A program made the translations under genes and the position numbers. A stretch of 32,000 nucleotides of DNA, taken from positions 1,980,001 through 2,012,000 of the forward strand of contig NC_017080.1 of NCBI RefSeq assembly GCF_000284115.1, read 5' to 3'. The notes under the pieces are model-generated. The model was not told where the DNA came from, searched no databases, and was given only the letters and a program-made list of their open reading frames with translations. Position 1 is the first letter of the stretch. The number at the start of each line of letters is the position of its first letter. The stretch comes from Phycisphaera mikurensis NBRC 102666. Lineage in GTDB: Bacteria > Planctomycetota > Phycisphaerae > Phycisphaerales > Phycisphaeraceae. Positions 9,579 through 18,160 of the stretch are shown here, one piece after another.

Positions 9579-9834
9579 TTACGCGGCGATGCGGAGGGGG
9601 GCGGCGTCCGCGGCCGCGTTGGCGACGAAGCGGAGGATGCCCGGCTCGCTCCAGCCGCTCTGGCGGGTGCCGCGGGCGGCGCGGACCTGGTAGGCCACCT
9701 GCTGGGTGCCCGAGGGCACCGAGTCGTCGGTGAAGGGCCGGCCCGTGTTGTAGGCCAGCGCCGTCCAAGGCCCGGCGTCGCCGGCGGCGTCGATGGGCTG
9801 GCGCTGCGGCTGCGGTGTCCAGGCCCCGGCGAAC
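9579..9834 (-). pseudogene. C-terminal fragment (copy A) of the helical/Fn3-like protein family represented intact at 17059-17742
   Basis: ...YNTGRPFTDDSVPSGTQQVAYQVRAARGTRQSGWSEPGILRFVANAAADAAPLRIAA* versus TGRPIQDGTVPVGTATARYRVKAFRGNQSSAWSTPGVLQLVNNETLAANNLRLAA*. Confidence 0.75.
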
Positions 9835-9929
9835 AGGCGAGGGAGGCGGACCCGCGGACCGCGCCCGAAAACGCCGCGGAACGGTGACGGTCCGCGGCGC
9901 CGAAGGTTTTCTTGTGCTTCGAGGAAGGG

Positions 9930-10185
9930 TTACGCGGCGATGCGGAGGGGGGCGGCGTCCGCGGCCGCGTTGGCGACGAAGCGGAGGATGCCCGGCTCGC
10001 TCCAGCCGCTCTGGCGGGTGCCGCGGGCGGCGCGGACCTGGTAGGCCACCTGCTGGGTGCCCGAGGGCACCGAGTCGTCGGTGAAGGGCCGGCCCGTGTT
10101 GTGGGCCAGCGCCGTCCAGGGCCCGGCGTCGCCGGCGGCGTCGATGGGCTGGCGCTGCGGCTGCGGTGTCCAGGCCCCGGCGAAC
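9930..10185 (-). pseudogene. C-terminal fragment (copy B) of the same Fn3-like family
   Basis: Nearly identical to copy A, offset 351 bp; ends immediately beside the stop codon of the OLD-family gene. Confidence 0.75.
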
Positions 10186-10188
10186 AGT

Positions 10189-12666
10189 TCATTCCATTCC
10201 ATCATTGGACGTATGGACCGCATCAGCCAGCGTAGTCAACGATGCTCTTACGTCCGTCAGCTCAAGCGCATCGTCTGAACTGCGCTCGTTAAGTTTGAAG
10301 GTCGATCGTGTCTCTAGGATGGCCGCTCGATAACGGTCTGCTTCAGCAGTGTCGTCGAGAAGAGCCTCTATAGCCTCCAAAGTTTGGATCAACAGTCCTG
10401 CTGATACAGGATCCTTGAGGCGGCCGGCCACAGAGTTACATTCCCGCTTAATCCGCCGGTCAAGACGTTCTTCGTTGAGTAAGCGAACTGCGACCCGGCG
10501 CTTCCACTCAATAGCAGTAATGAGTTTGCTAAATCTTTCCAGGGTGGCTGAACGTGCAGATCTGAATGCGTCCGAGTCAAGGTCCAACCCGTTTGGCTGC
10601 TCTGCACACTCAAGAACGGCAACGACCTCCTTTGCCATACCGAGCTTGTCAAGATCCCGCTCCGGTTCACCTCCAGAGCGAGCGACCGCTCTATAAACCT
10701 CCTGAAAGCTAAGAGTCCGCGAATCGCCGTCTTCGGCTGCCGGAACACTAGACAGCAGATTGTCTCTAGCGACATCAATAAAGTTTGCGAAGTAAGACCA
10801 CGCTGCGCAGAAAGCAATCAAGGGGTCGATGAGAGACTCGATATCGGTAAAGGACGCAGTAGTTTTGCTGCTTGACTCCATCTCATCGTGATCTTGTGAG
10901 TTTAGAACATCAGCGATCGTCATCACAAACTCCTCCGCAATCTTCGCTCTTCCTTTTCCTCCTCTTTTGAGTGCCCGTGCCACCTGCTTACCCTCAGGAT
11001 CTGAGTCAAGGAGCACTAGCGCGGCAGGCTTCTCAATATCGCGTCCCCGCGCTAAATGAAGAAGATACTCAATGTGAGAAGCTGATCCGGCAGGCACAAT
11101 CGTCATCGAATTCAGGTTGAGCTGCCGTAGAGAGTCCTTCATCATAGAAGCCAATACACGGTTCACGCCGGCGATGTATACTTGGTCGGATATACCTTCA
11201 ACAAAAAGGTTGCAGTTGCCGATGAAGGCGGTTTCTGCGGTGAATGCGCCGATAGATGATCGGAGCGGTTCGTAATGGTTGCGGCTGGCGTTAGATACAA
11301 CCCGTGTTCCTTCAGCCATGGCACCCTTGTCTACCACACGGATCGCGTGCGCCTTGTTCTTATCGATCAGGTATGGCGAGTGGGTCACCATGAGGACTTG
11401 CATTTTAGGTCTGCCGAGACCCCCGTTGGAGAAGTCGTCGAGGATCTTTAAGAGATCCTGCTGCGCACTAGCCGAAAGGTAAGCATCGGGCTCATCCATC
11501 AGCAAAACTTCAGGTCTCCCATCTGGATTCACGTGAGTTAGATACTGGGCATAATATGCAAGGAAGTGCTTCAGCCCGCTAGATCGCTCGTCGAACGAGT
11601 AGGTCGTACCGGTTCGGTCCCTGATCACGAAAGCTAGATCAGTTTCCCGCAGGCTCAGCTCGATTCGGAAGTCCTTGTCCTGCGCCCACACATTCGGGAA
11701 ATCGAGACATTCATCGAGTTCGCGGTTGATGGTCGACATCACGCCGTCCGCATAACCTTCTTTGTTTCCCTCGACCGATCTCATGACCTCGCCGAAAGCT
11801 TTGGCGTCGATGCCTGCTGCTTTGAGCAGAAGGTCTCGTGCCAATCGCATATCAGCTTCTTTCGATCGTTCCTCATACTGGATCGCATCGACTAAGTTCT
11901 TGACTGCTGCCGGTATAGCTGCTGCGGGACTTGTTTTTTTGCTAGCGTCGTATGCGGCCAGAGCGAGCTTAGCCCCCTCGCCTTCTGCCTCGATTAGGCG
12001 ACGGCTTTCCCGCGTCAGCCTCGATGGAACCTGTTCCGCCTCGCCGTCGACAAGAAATCTTACGCTCAATGTGTCGGGAAGTTCCGCTTGTTCTCTGAGC
12101 CTGATAGTCCGAGGCAACAACTTTCGGAAAGATGCCGCCTTCTTTGCATCCAGCTTGACTTCCTCAAAGCCATCCTCTCCCGCTCTGTAGAGGTCCAGCC
12201 CTGCACCCTGCCCTGTGAAAAAGTAGATCCGTCCTGATCGAGTGCTGCTCGCCTCTTGTTTCTTGCCAAAGTACTGTGCCTCAAGCTCATTGGCATTATG
12301 CATCTCAACACCAAACTCGGGCTTCGCCATCATCCCAGTCTTTGCAGAGAAGAAAGGGGAGTATCGACAGAAATCCTCATGCTTAATTCCGTCGCCGGAA
12401 AGTGCAATCTCGATTGCTCGAAGTAGCTGGCTTTTGCCTGACTCATTCGCTCCAACGATGGTGGTAATCTCTTTCTCAAGAGAGATCCGAACGTGCGGGA
12501 ACCACTCGTCGCGAAACATTTCCCACGCTCTTGGTCTGGCAGAAGTTTGACTTTTCTTGAGGTAATCAAAATTAAACGATTTATAGAATCGCACATAGAT
12601 GGCCTTGAGGAGAATCGGGCTGTCGCCGGCTCTTCCATCTATCTCAGCTTCGTTGTGTTCAGGCAT
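10189..12666 (-). CDS. OLD-family ATPase with C-terminal TOPRIM domain (putative defence endonuclease)
   Basis: 825 aa; Walker A TIVGANESGKSQLLRAI; GLKHFLAYYAQYLTH...PEVLLMDEPDAYLSASAQQDLLKIL; VTHSPYLID; TOPRIM LFVEGISDQVYI and ALVLLDSDPEGK. Sampled lines are 43-48% GC against about 70% in flanks. Confidence 0.9.
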   Translation of the reverse strand: MPEHNEAEIDGRAGDSPILLKAIYVRFYKSFNFDYLKKSQTSARPRAWEMFRDEWFPHVRISLEKEITTIVGANESGKSQLLRAIEIALSGDGIKHEDFCRYSPFFSAKTGMMAKPEFGVEMHNANELEAQYFGKKQEASSTRSGRIYFFTGQGAGLDLYRAGEDGFEEVKLDAKKAASFRKLLPRTIRLREQAELPDTLSVRFLVDGEAEQVPSRLTRESRRLIEAEGEGAKLALAAYDASKKTSPAAAIPAAVKNLVDAIQYEERSKEADMRLARDLLLKAAGIDAKAFGEVMRSVEGNKEGYADGVMSTINRELDECLDFPNVWAQDKDFRIELSLRETDLAFVIRDRTGTTYSFDERSSGLKHFLAYYAQYLTHVNPDGRPEVLLMDEPDAYLSASAQQDLLKILDDFSNGGLGRPKMQVLMVTHSPYLIDKNKAHAIRVVDKGAMAEGTRVVSNASRNHYEPLRSSIGAFTAETAFIGNCNLFVEGISDQVYIAGVNRVLASMMKDSLRQLNLNSMTIVPAGSASHIEYLLHLARGRDIEKPAALVLLDSDPEGKQVARALKRGGKGRAKIAEEFVMTIADVLNSQDHDEMESSSKTTASFTDIESLIDPLIAFCAAWSYFANFIDVARDNLLSSVPAAEDGDSRTLSFQEVYRAVARSGGEPERDLDKLGMAKEVVAVLECAEQPNGLDLDSDAFRSARSATLERFSKLITAIEWKRRVAVRLLNEERLDRRIKRECNSVAGRLKDPVSAGLLIQTLEAIEALLDDTAEADRYRAAILETRSTFKLNERSSDDALELTDVRASLTTLADAVHTSNDGME

Positions 12667-12711
12667 ACTCGGACCGAATGCTTTCTGAGGATTGAGAATG
12701 ACACTAGGTTG

Positions 12712-15700
12712 TCAGGCGGCAAACTTGACTTGCCCGCTCAAGTCAGCGTCTCCTTTGGTGGCCAGGCCGAGGGAGGTGAGGGTTTCGCAGATCTCGGTGA
12801 TCTGGGCGAGGCGGGTTTTGGCGGTGGGGAAGGAGGCGGCGAGGGCTTCGGGGGTGAGGGGGGTGGGGCTGGCGGTGAGGAGGTCGCGGAGGATGGCGGT
12901 CTGGGCGGGGAGGGTGTCGGGCCAGCGGAGCTTCTTTCCGCTGGGCTTCTTGGGGGCGGGGGCGTCGGGGAGGTCGAGGGTGGTCTGCTGCTCGGTGGTG
13001 GCTTCCTTCCCCTGCGGGTTCTGAAAGTCGGGGCGGAGCCAGCGGACGTGGCCGGTGGCTTCTTCGGCGGCGCGTTCGGCGTTGAGGGCGACGAGGCGTT
13101 CGAGGAGGGGCTCGTCGATGTCGTCGCCGCGCTGGTGGCGGTTCCAGAGGTCGGACCAGCCGTAGGCGGCGAAGACGGCGGCGTCGAGGTCGTCGTGGAG
13201 CTGCTTCAGGACGGAGACGAGGCCTTGCTCGTGGGTGAGCTTCTCCTTGGCGGTGAGAGGCTCGCCGGAGCGGAGCTTCTCCAGGACGTTGTAGACGTTG
13301 GTGAGGGTGAGCTTGGGGTGGGCGGCCTGCTGACGCTTGCGGTGGGTGTCCAGTCGCTCCGCAACGGCCGCGACTTGGTCCAGCTGATCTTTCTCCTTGT
13401 CAGGAAATGGGAAGCGGTTGAGACAGTCAGCATGGTTGTACGTCGAGTCGTTGCCGACGCCGAGCCATCCGCCGATCCAGGTCGCGAAGTTTGTGTGGAT
13501 TACCGACGAGAGGATCCCGAGCGTTGAGGCACGCTGGTCGGCGATGGCCACAACCTTGGCGTCGGGCAGCGTCGATTCATCAGCGAAGGCGAAGACGCGG
13601 TGCTTGGCTGTGCGGCAGGTGCCGATCCAGCGAGGAAGACCCGCAAGTGCCCGACGGAACTTCAACCTGGGCTCCGCGAAGATCCACCACTCGCGGCGGT
13701 ACTTCTTTCGAGTGTTCTGGTCTCGGTCCGGCTTCACGCGTTCGACGATCCACTGATAAGCCTCAGGATGACCGTCCTGAAGCGTTTCATCGGTCTCGCC
13801 GCTTGCATCCAAGACGTACCGCCCGGTCGGAACCTGCATCAAGTCGCGTCCGTTGATGTAACGCCGAATCAATGCTTCCCTTGTGGCCGCTGGAAACTGA
13901 TCAAGGTCTGCTTCCTCAACAACAAAGCCCATCCCGGACAGCTGGACGCCCGGGCAGGCGAGGCCCTGATTCGCCTTCAACTGGACCGCCGAGGACTTAC
14001 TCACCCCGATGGTTAGGCCGGCGTTGATCGATCCTGTCGTCTGCTGGAGGTCTTCACCCGCTTCCGTAGTCGACAGAACCCCATCGCCGGTACGTCGATC
14101 GACGACAGTCATCGCGACCCGAACGGCAGCAGCGCCTGCTTCATCCGTCCAGGGGTGGTCAGAGATCGCGAAGGCATACCCGATTTCATGGTCCGGCCCG
14201 ACCAACGTGGAAATGATCCGGCGATTGAACGGCTGCGAGATGCTGTTCGTGGTGATGAGTCCGAACGCTCTGAGCTTCTCCGCTTTGACCGCCTCGGCGC
14301 ACCTCAGCCACCAGTAGAGCACGAAGTCGAGACCATTCCCGTAGTCCGAGTAGGTCGCCCGAAGAGCATCCACGTAACCGCTCCCCAGAGCAGCGCGCAT
14401 CTTCTTGTCCCCGATGAACGGCGGATTCCCGACGACGAAGTCCGCCTCCGGCCACTCCGCCTTCCGCGGGTTCACGTACGTGTACGTCACCTCCCGCGCA
14501 GTCTCGTCCGGCACGTCCTCGCCGGTGACCGGGTGCTTCTTCGTCGTGCGGCCGTCCCAGCGGGTGACGGGCTGGCCTTGCTCGTCGGTGACGAGCTTCT
14601 TCTCGTCGTAGGCGAGCACGGCGTCGCGGTTCTCGATGTTGGCAAAGGCCTGGAGGATCGGCTCGGAGGGGGTGGTGCCGCGGTGGGTGCGGTGGTGCCA
14701 CTGGAGGTGACCGATCCACAGGACCAGGTCGGCGATGGCGGCGGCGCGCGGGTTGAGCTCGATGCCCTTGAGCAGGTGCGGGTCGACGGTGATGCCGGCG
14801 CTCTCGAGTTCCAGCGGGGTCTGACCGCCGAGGTCGAAGAGGGTCTGGCGGACCTCGGCCTCCAGCCGCTTCATGTGCTCGAGGGTGACGTAGAGGAAGT
14901 TGCCGCTGCCGCAGGCCGGGTCGAGCACGGTGGTGTTGCACAGCTCGTGGAGGAAGTCGTCGACGGCGCGGCGGGCCTGCTTGGGCTTGCCCAGGCGGTC
15001 GAGGGTGAGGGCCGCGGCCTGGGCGTTGCTCCACCGCTCACGGAGCGGCTCGATGACCGTGGGCAGCACCAGCCGCTCGACGTAAGCCCGCGGCGTGTAG
15101 TGGGCGCCGAGCTTGTGACGCTCCCGCGGGTCGAGGGCACGCTCCAGGAGGGTGCCGAAGATGGCGGGCTCCACGTCGCTCCAATCCTGCTCGGCGGCGT
15201 CGATGAGCAGCTTGAGCTGGTCGGCGTCGAGGGGGATGGCGTGGCACTCGGCGAACAGGCCGCCGTTGAAGCGGAGCACGGGCGCTTCGAGGGCGGCGGA
15301 CACGCCGCCGGTGTTCATCTCCTTCCACAGGCTCTCGACCAGCGGGGCGAACAGCTCGGGCTTGTGCTCGATCCGCTTCAGGAAGGACGTGAAGGACTCT
15401 TTGGGGATCAGGTCGATGTCTTCCGCGAAGAGCGTGAAGAGCACGCGCATCAGGAAGTGAGCGACGACCTCGGCGTTTTGGCCGGTCTTCTCCAGCGAGC
15501 GGGAGAGCTTGGCGAGCCGTGCGGCGATGTCGCGGGTGACCTTCGCGCTGCGTTTGGCGGGGTCGAGGTCGAGCGGGTCCGTCCAGGCGGTGGCGAGCAG
15601 CTGGCGGGTCTTCTCGTCGGCCAGCTGCTCGAAGCGGATGCGGTGGCTGGAAGGATCCGGGAAGGGGGTGTACGTGCGGCCGAGGCGGGAGAAGTCGCTG

Positions 15701-16188
15701 TACAGCTCGAAGGTGTGGCCGATGTCGCAGGTGATGAGCAGCGGCGGGTTACCCTCCTCCGGGGGCAGGCTGCGGGCGTAGCGCTCGGCCTGGCCGCGGG
15801 CGGCGAGCATGGCCTGGTCCCACTTGGCGGTGCCGCGGCGGGCGGTGCCCAGGCGGGTCTTGCGGGGCTTGAGGGCCGTGTCGGCGAGGTCGTCGTCGCT
15901 CTTCGCGGCGGGGGTCTCGCTGCCCTGCTTGGCTTCGAGGATGAAGCAGTCGCGCTTGTAGAGGTCGATGAAGCCGGGGGCGGCGCCGCCCTTGCCGTCG
16001 CGGCTGGTGACGGTGCGGTCGAAGACGTACGCGTTCTCGGCGTCGTCGGCGACGGCGGGCTCGGGGCGGGGGACGCCGAGCAGGTCGCACAGCTCGCTCA
16101 GGAAGGTCTGGTAGTTGCCGCGCTCGCTGCCCTCACTCTTGGCCCAGCGGGCGATGAAGTCGGTGGCGGCGGCGTCGGTCCCGGGCAT
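12712..16188 (-). CDS. MmeI-like Type IIG restriction enzyme/adenine-N6 DNA methyltransferase
   Basis: 1158 aa; N-terminal nuclease-like GFIDLYKRDCFILEAKQG; LGAHYTPRAYVERLVLPTV; motif I TTVLDPACGSGNFLYV; GIELNPRAAAIADLVLWIG; motif IV ADFVVGNPPFIGDKKMR. Confidence 0.9.
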   Translation of the reverse strand: MPGTDAAATDFIARWAKSEGSERGNYQTFLSELCDLLGVPRPEPAVADDAENAYVFDRTVTSRDGKGGAAPGFIDLYKRDCFILEAKQGSETPAAKSDDDLADTALKPRKTRLGTARRGTAKWDQAMLAARGQAERYARSLPPEEGNPPLLITCDIGHTFELYSDFSRLGRTYTPFPDPSSHRIRFEQLADEKTRQLLATAWTDPLDLDPAKRSAKVTRDIAARLAKLSRSLEKTGQNAEVVAHFLMRVLFTLFAEDIDLIPKESFTSFLKRIEHKPELFAPLVESLWKEMNTGGVSAALEAPVLRFNGGLFAECHAIPLDADQLKLLIDAAEQDWSDVEPAIFGTLLERALDPRERHKLGAHYTPRAYVERLVLPTVIEPLRERWSNAQAAALTLDRLGKPKQARRAVDDFLHELCNTTVLDPACGSGNFLYVTLEHMKRLEAEVRQTLFDLGGQTPLELESAGITVDPHLLKGIELNPRAAAIADLVLWIGHLQWHHRTHRGTTPSEPILQAFANIENRDAVLAYDEKKLVTDEQGQPVTRWDGRTTKKHPVTGEDVPDETAREVTYTYVNPRKAEWPEADFVVGNPPFIGDKKMRAALGSGYVDALRATYSDYGNGLDFVLYWWLRCAEAVKAEKLRAFGLITTNSISQPFNRRIISTLVGPDHEIGYAFAISDHPWTDEAGAAAVRVAMTVVDRRTGDGVLSTTEAGEDLQQTTGSINAGLTIGVSKSSAVQLKANQGLACPGVQLSGMGFVVEEADLDQFPAATREALIRRYINGRDLMQVPTGRYVLDASGETDETLQDGHPEAYQWIVERVKPDRDQNTRKKYRREWWIFAEPRLKFRRALAGLPRWIGTCRTAKHRVFAFADESTLPDAKVVAIADQRASTLGILSSVIHTNFATWIGGWLGVGNDSTYNHADCLNRFPFPDKEKDQLDQVAAVAERLDTHRKRQQAAHPKLTLTNVYNVLEKLRSGEPLTAKEKLTHEQGLVSVLKQLHDDLDAAVFAAYGWSDLWNRHQRGDDIDEPLLERLVALNAERAAEEATGHVRWLRPDFQNPQGKEATTEQQTTLDLPDAPAPKKPSGKKLRWPDTLPAQTAILRDLLTASPTPLTPEALAASFPTAKTRLAQITEICETLTSLGLATKGDADLSGQVKFAA

Positions 16189-16367
16189 GGCTTAAGCGAC
16201 GGTACGGGAGGGGGCATGGCGGATTGCGCCGCGGACCTACCGCGCGGACAGCGTGGCGTCCGCGGACCGTGGGGGGCGAGAGGCGGTGCGTGGCCCTCGC
16301 GCGCGAGCGCAGACCACGCTGATCAATCCCGGCGTCGCACCAGCCGCGTCGCAACGCAACGCGGGCC

Positions 16368-16600
16368 GGATCCGCCGGGGCCTGGACACTGCGCCTCTGG
16401 ACATTGGGATCCGCCGGGGATCCGCCGGATCCGCCGGGGCCTGGACACTGCGCCTCGAGAACTGCGTGTCGACCGCTTCTCCGCCGTCGCTTTGTCGCCG
16501 GGGCCTGGACCCCGCGGCCGGGGGCCTGGACCCCGCGGCCGCCTCGCGGACCGGGATCCGCAAAGGTTCAGACACTGCGCCACGAGAACTGCGTGTTGGC
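16368..16600. repeat. Degenerate repeats of GGATCCGCCGGGGCCTGGACACTGCGCC / GAGAACTGCGTG
   Basis: GGATCCGCCGGGGCCTGGACACTGCGCCTC at 16368 and 16427; GGGGCCTGGACCCCGCGGCC twice near 16500 and 16520; ACACTGCGCC(A/T)CGAGAACTGCGTGT near 16445 and 16572. Confidence 0.8.
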
Positions 16601-16651
16601 CGTGCATTCGCCGCCGCCCGGCGCAATGGCGGCCGCGGGCACGGCGGCGAT

Positions 16652-16840
16652 TCTCTTCGGGACGACGTCGGGCGTCCTCGGGCCGAGAGGGATCGTCGCG
16701 GCGACGAGGGCCGGCGTATACGTGCCAAGGTCTGGCGTCGCAGCGACAAGGTCTCGCGTCTTCGGGACAAGGTTTGCCGTCGAAGGGCCAAGGTTTGGCG
16801 TCTCCGGGACAGGGTTTGGCGTCGCGGCGACGAGGGCGGG
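16652..16840. repeat. 21-bp phased tandem repeat array (7 clear plus 2 degraded upstream units)
   Basis: Units starting 16694, 16715, 16736, 16757, 16778, 16799, 16820, each CGT...GG-type (e.g. CGTCGCAGCGACAAGGTCTCG, CGTCTTCGGGACAAGGTTTGC, CGTCTCCGGGACAGGGTTTGG). Confidence 0.9.
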
Positions 16841-17058
16841 CGTTGGCGGAGTCCCGCTCTGGGGCTTCCAGGCCGATTTCTGGTCGGGCGGCGTAGGGGA
16901 TGTCCGGACTTTCTCTTGGGTTGCTTCACCCGCCGGGCGGCGCGGCCGATGGGATCGCTGCCGCCGGCCCATGTGTCGGGGCGTCCCCTTCCAGGGTCGG
17001 CCTCCCTTCTGGGGGAGGGACCCGCCAAGCCCGAGACCCGGGCAGAAAGGTGAGCACC

Positions 17059-17742
17059 ATGGCCACCACCCCCGAGAACGCGTACCCGACGACCCGCCTC
17101 CTGCAGATCCAGTTCGGCGAGGACCGGGCGGCCACGATCCAGGCCCAGGCCGACGAGCTGGGCGTGCCGAAGAGCGAGGCGGACCGCTACGCGGACGAGG
17201 TCCAGGCCGCCGCCGAGGCCAACACGGCGTACCGGCTGGCCCAGCAGCGGGCCCGCGACCTGGGCGAGACCGCCCGGGCGGCCGCGGCCCGCATGAACCG
17301 CACGGCGGCGTCGGTGATCGCCAACGTGCGGGCCCGAGCGGAGATCTCCGCCGACCCCGCCGCCGTGTACGCGATCGCCAGCATCGCCGCCCGCCAGGCC
17401 CCCACCCCGCAGGGCCCGCCGGCCGCGCCCACGGCGGTGACCTGCACGCTGGGCTCCGACGGCGTGACGACGATCACCTGGGCCGGCAGCACCCAGGGGA
17501 CGACCTTCACGGTCGAACGTGAGCTGCTGATGGCCGACGGCACGACGGTGCCCTTCGCGGCCTTCGCCGGCCCGACGGGCCGCCCGATCCAGGACGGCAC
17601 GGTCCCCGTGGGCACCGCGACCGCCCGCTACCGCGTGAAGGCCTTCCGCGGCAACCAGTCGTCCGCGTGGAGCACGCCCGGCGTCCTCCAGCTCGTCAAC
17701 AACGAGACCCTGGCGGCGAACAACCTCCGCCTCGCCGCCTGA
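17059..17742 (+). CDS. Helical N-terminus plus Fn3-like C-terminal domain, function unknown
   Basis: 227 aa, AAAGGTG upstream of ATG; VTCTLGSDGVTTITWAGSTQGTTFTVERE...YRVKAFRGNQSSAWSTPGVLQLV. Confidence 0.8.
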   Translation: MATTPENAYPTTRLLQIQFGEDRAATIQAQADELGVPKSEADRYADEVQAAAEANTAYRLAQQRARDLGETARAAAARMNRTAASVIANVRARAEISADPAAVYAIASIAARQAPTPQGPPAAPTAVTCTLGSDGVTTITWAGSTQGTTFTVERELLMADGTTVPFAAFAGPTGRPIQDGTVPVGTATARYRVKAFRGNQSSAWSTPGVLQLVNNETLAANNLRLAA

Positions 17743-17757
17743 CCCCCCTGCGGGGGG
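17743..17757 (+). terminator. Possible transcription-termination hairpin directly after the Fn3-like gene
   Basis: CCCCCC-TGC-GGGGGG stem-loop abutting the stop codon; no T-tract, so weak. Confidence 0.3.
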
Positions 17758-17829
17758 CTTCCCCCGCGGTGGAGGTCGATGCGGGGCGGGCGGGGCTGGG
17801 GCGCGGGCCTGACATCGTCGAGAAGAAGG

Positions 17830-17855
17830 AGTGCCGCGGACCGTTGCGGTTCCGC
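17830..17855. repeat. Palindromic element GCCGCGGA-CCGTTGCGGT-TCCGCGGC
   Basis: Same 8-10-8 architecture as 9522-9547. Confidence 0.75.
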
Positions 17856-18160
17856 GGCGTTTCGGTGTGCGGTCCGCGGGGGCGTGGAGGCGGACGCCGC
17901 GTGCGGGCGTGGCCGCCTGCGGCCCGCAGGCGCGGTGGCGGGGTGGGGCGTTGTCGAGGCACGCCCGCCCGCGGGCCGCGGGCGGCCACGGTCCGGGCGG
18001 CGCTCGCGCGACGCTCCGGCTTCCGCGTCGAGTGCGTCAACTCTCCTCCGTGGTTGCTTCGCTGATCGAGCCTCGATCTCTTGGCTGCGGTGTCCAGACA
18101 CCGGCAAACCGCCGGCCAACCGCCGATCCACCCCCAAGGTGGGCGCAGACCCCGCGAAAG

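Larger units (their letters stand above)
9485..10186. repeat. Tandem duplication, 2 x 351 bp
   Basis: Units 9485-9835 and 9836-10186; CGGTGACGGT at 9531 and 9882, TTA stop codon complement at 9579 and 9930. Only a few point differences noticed (e.g. GAACACG/GAAAACG, TGTAGGCC/TGTGGGCC). Confidence 0.93.

Noticed and set aside
10189-12666. Gabija (GajA-GajB) assignment
   Set aside because: OLD/TOPRIM resembles GajA, but no UvrD-like partner is adjacent; the helicase at 1788-4196 is ~8 kb away with a PcrA-type layout.
12712-16188. DISARM or BREX assignment for the large methyltransferase
   Set aside because: The family overlaps with methylases used there, but no drmA/B/C, pglZ or brxC/L-like genes occur in the window. 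The N-terminal nuclease-like segment fits a stand-alone Type IIG enzyme better.
16652-16840. CRISPR array
   Set aside because: Units are contiguous 21-mers without unique spacers, and no cas genes are present.
14155-16896. 913-aa plus-strand ORF antisense to the Type IIG gene
   Set aside because: Arg/Ala/Gly/Glu-rich text with no recognisable motif, whereas the minus strand has clear catalytic motifs.
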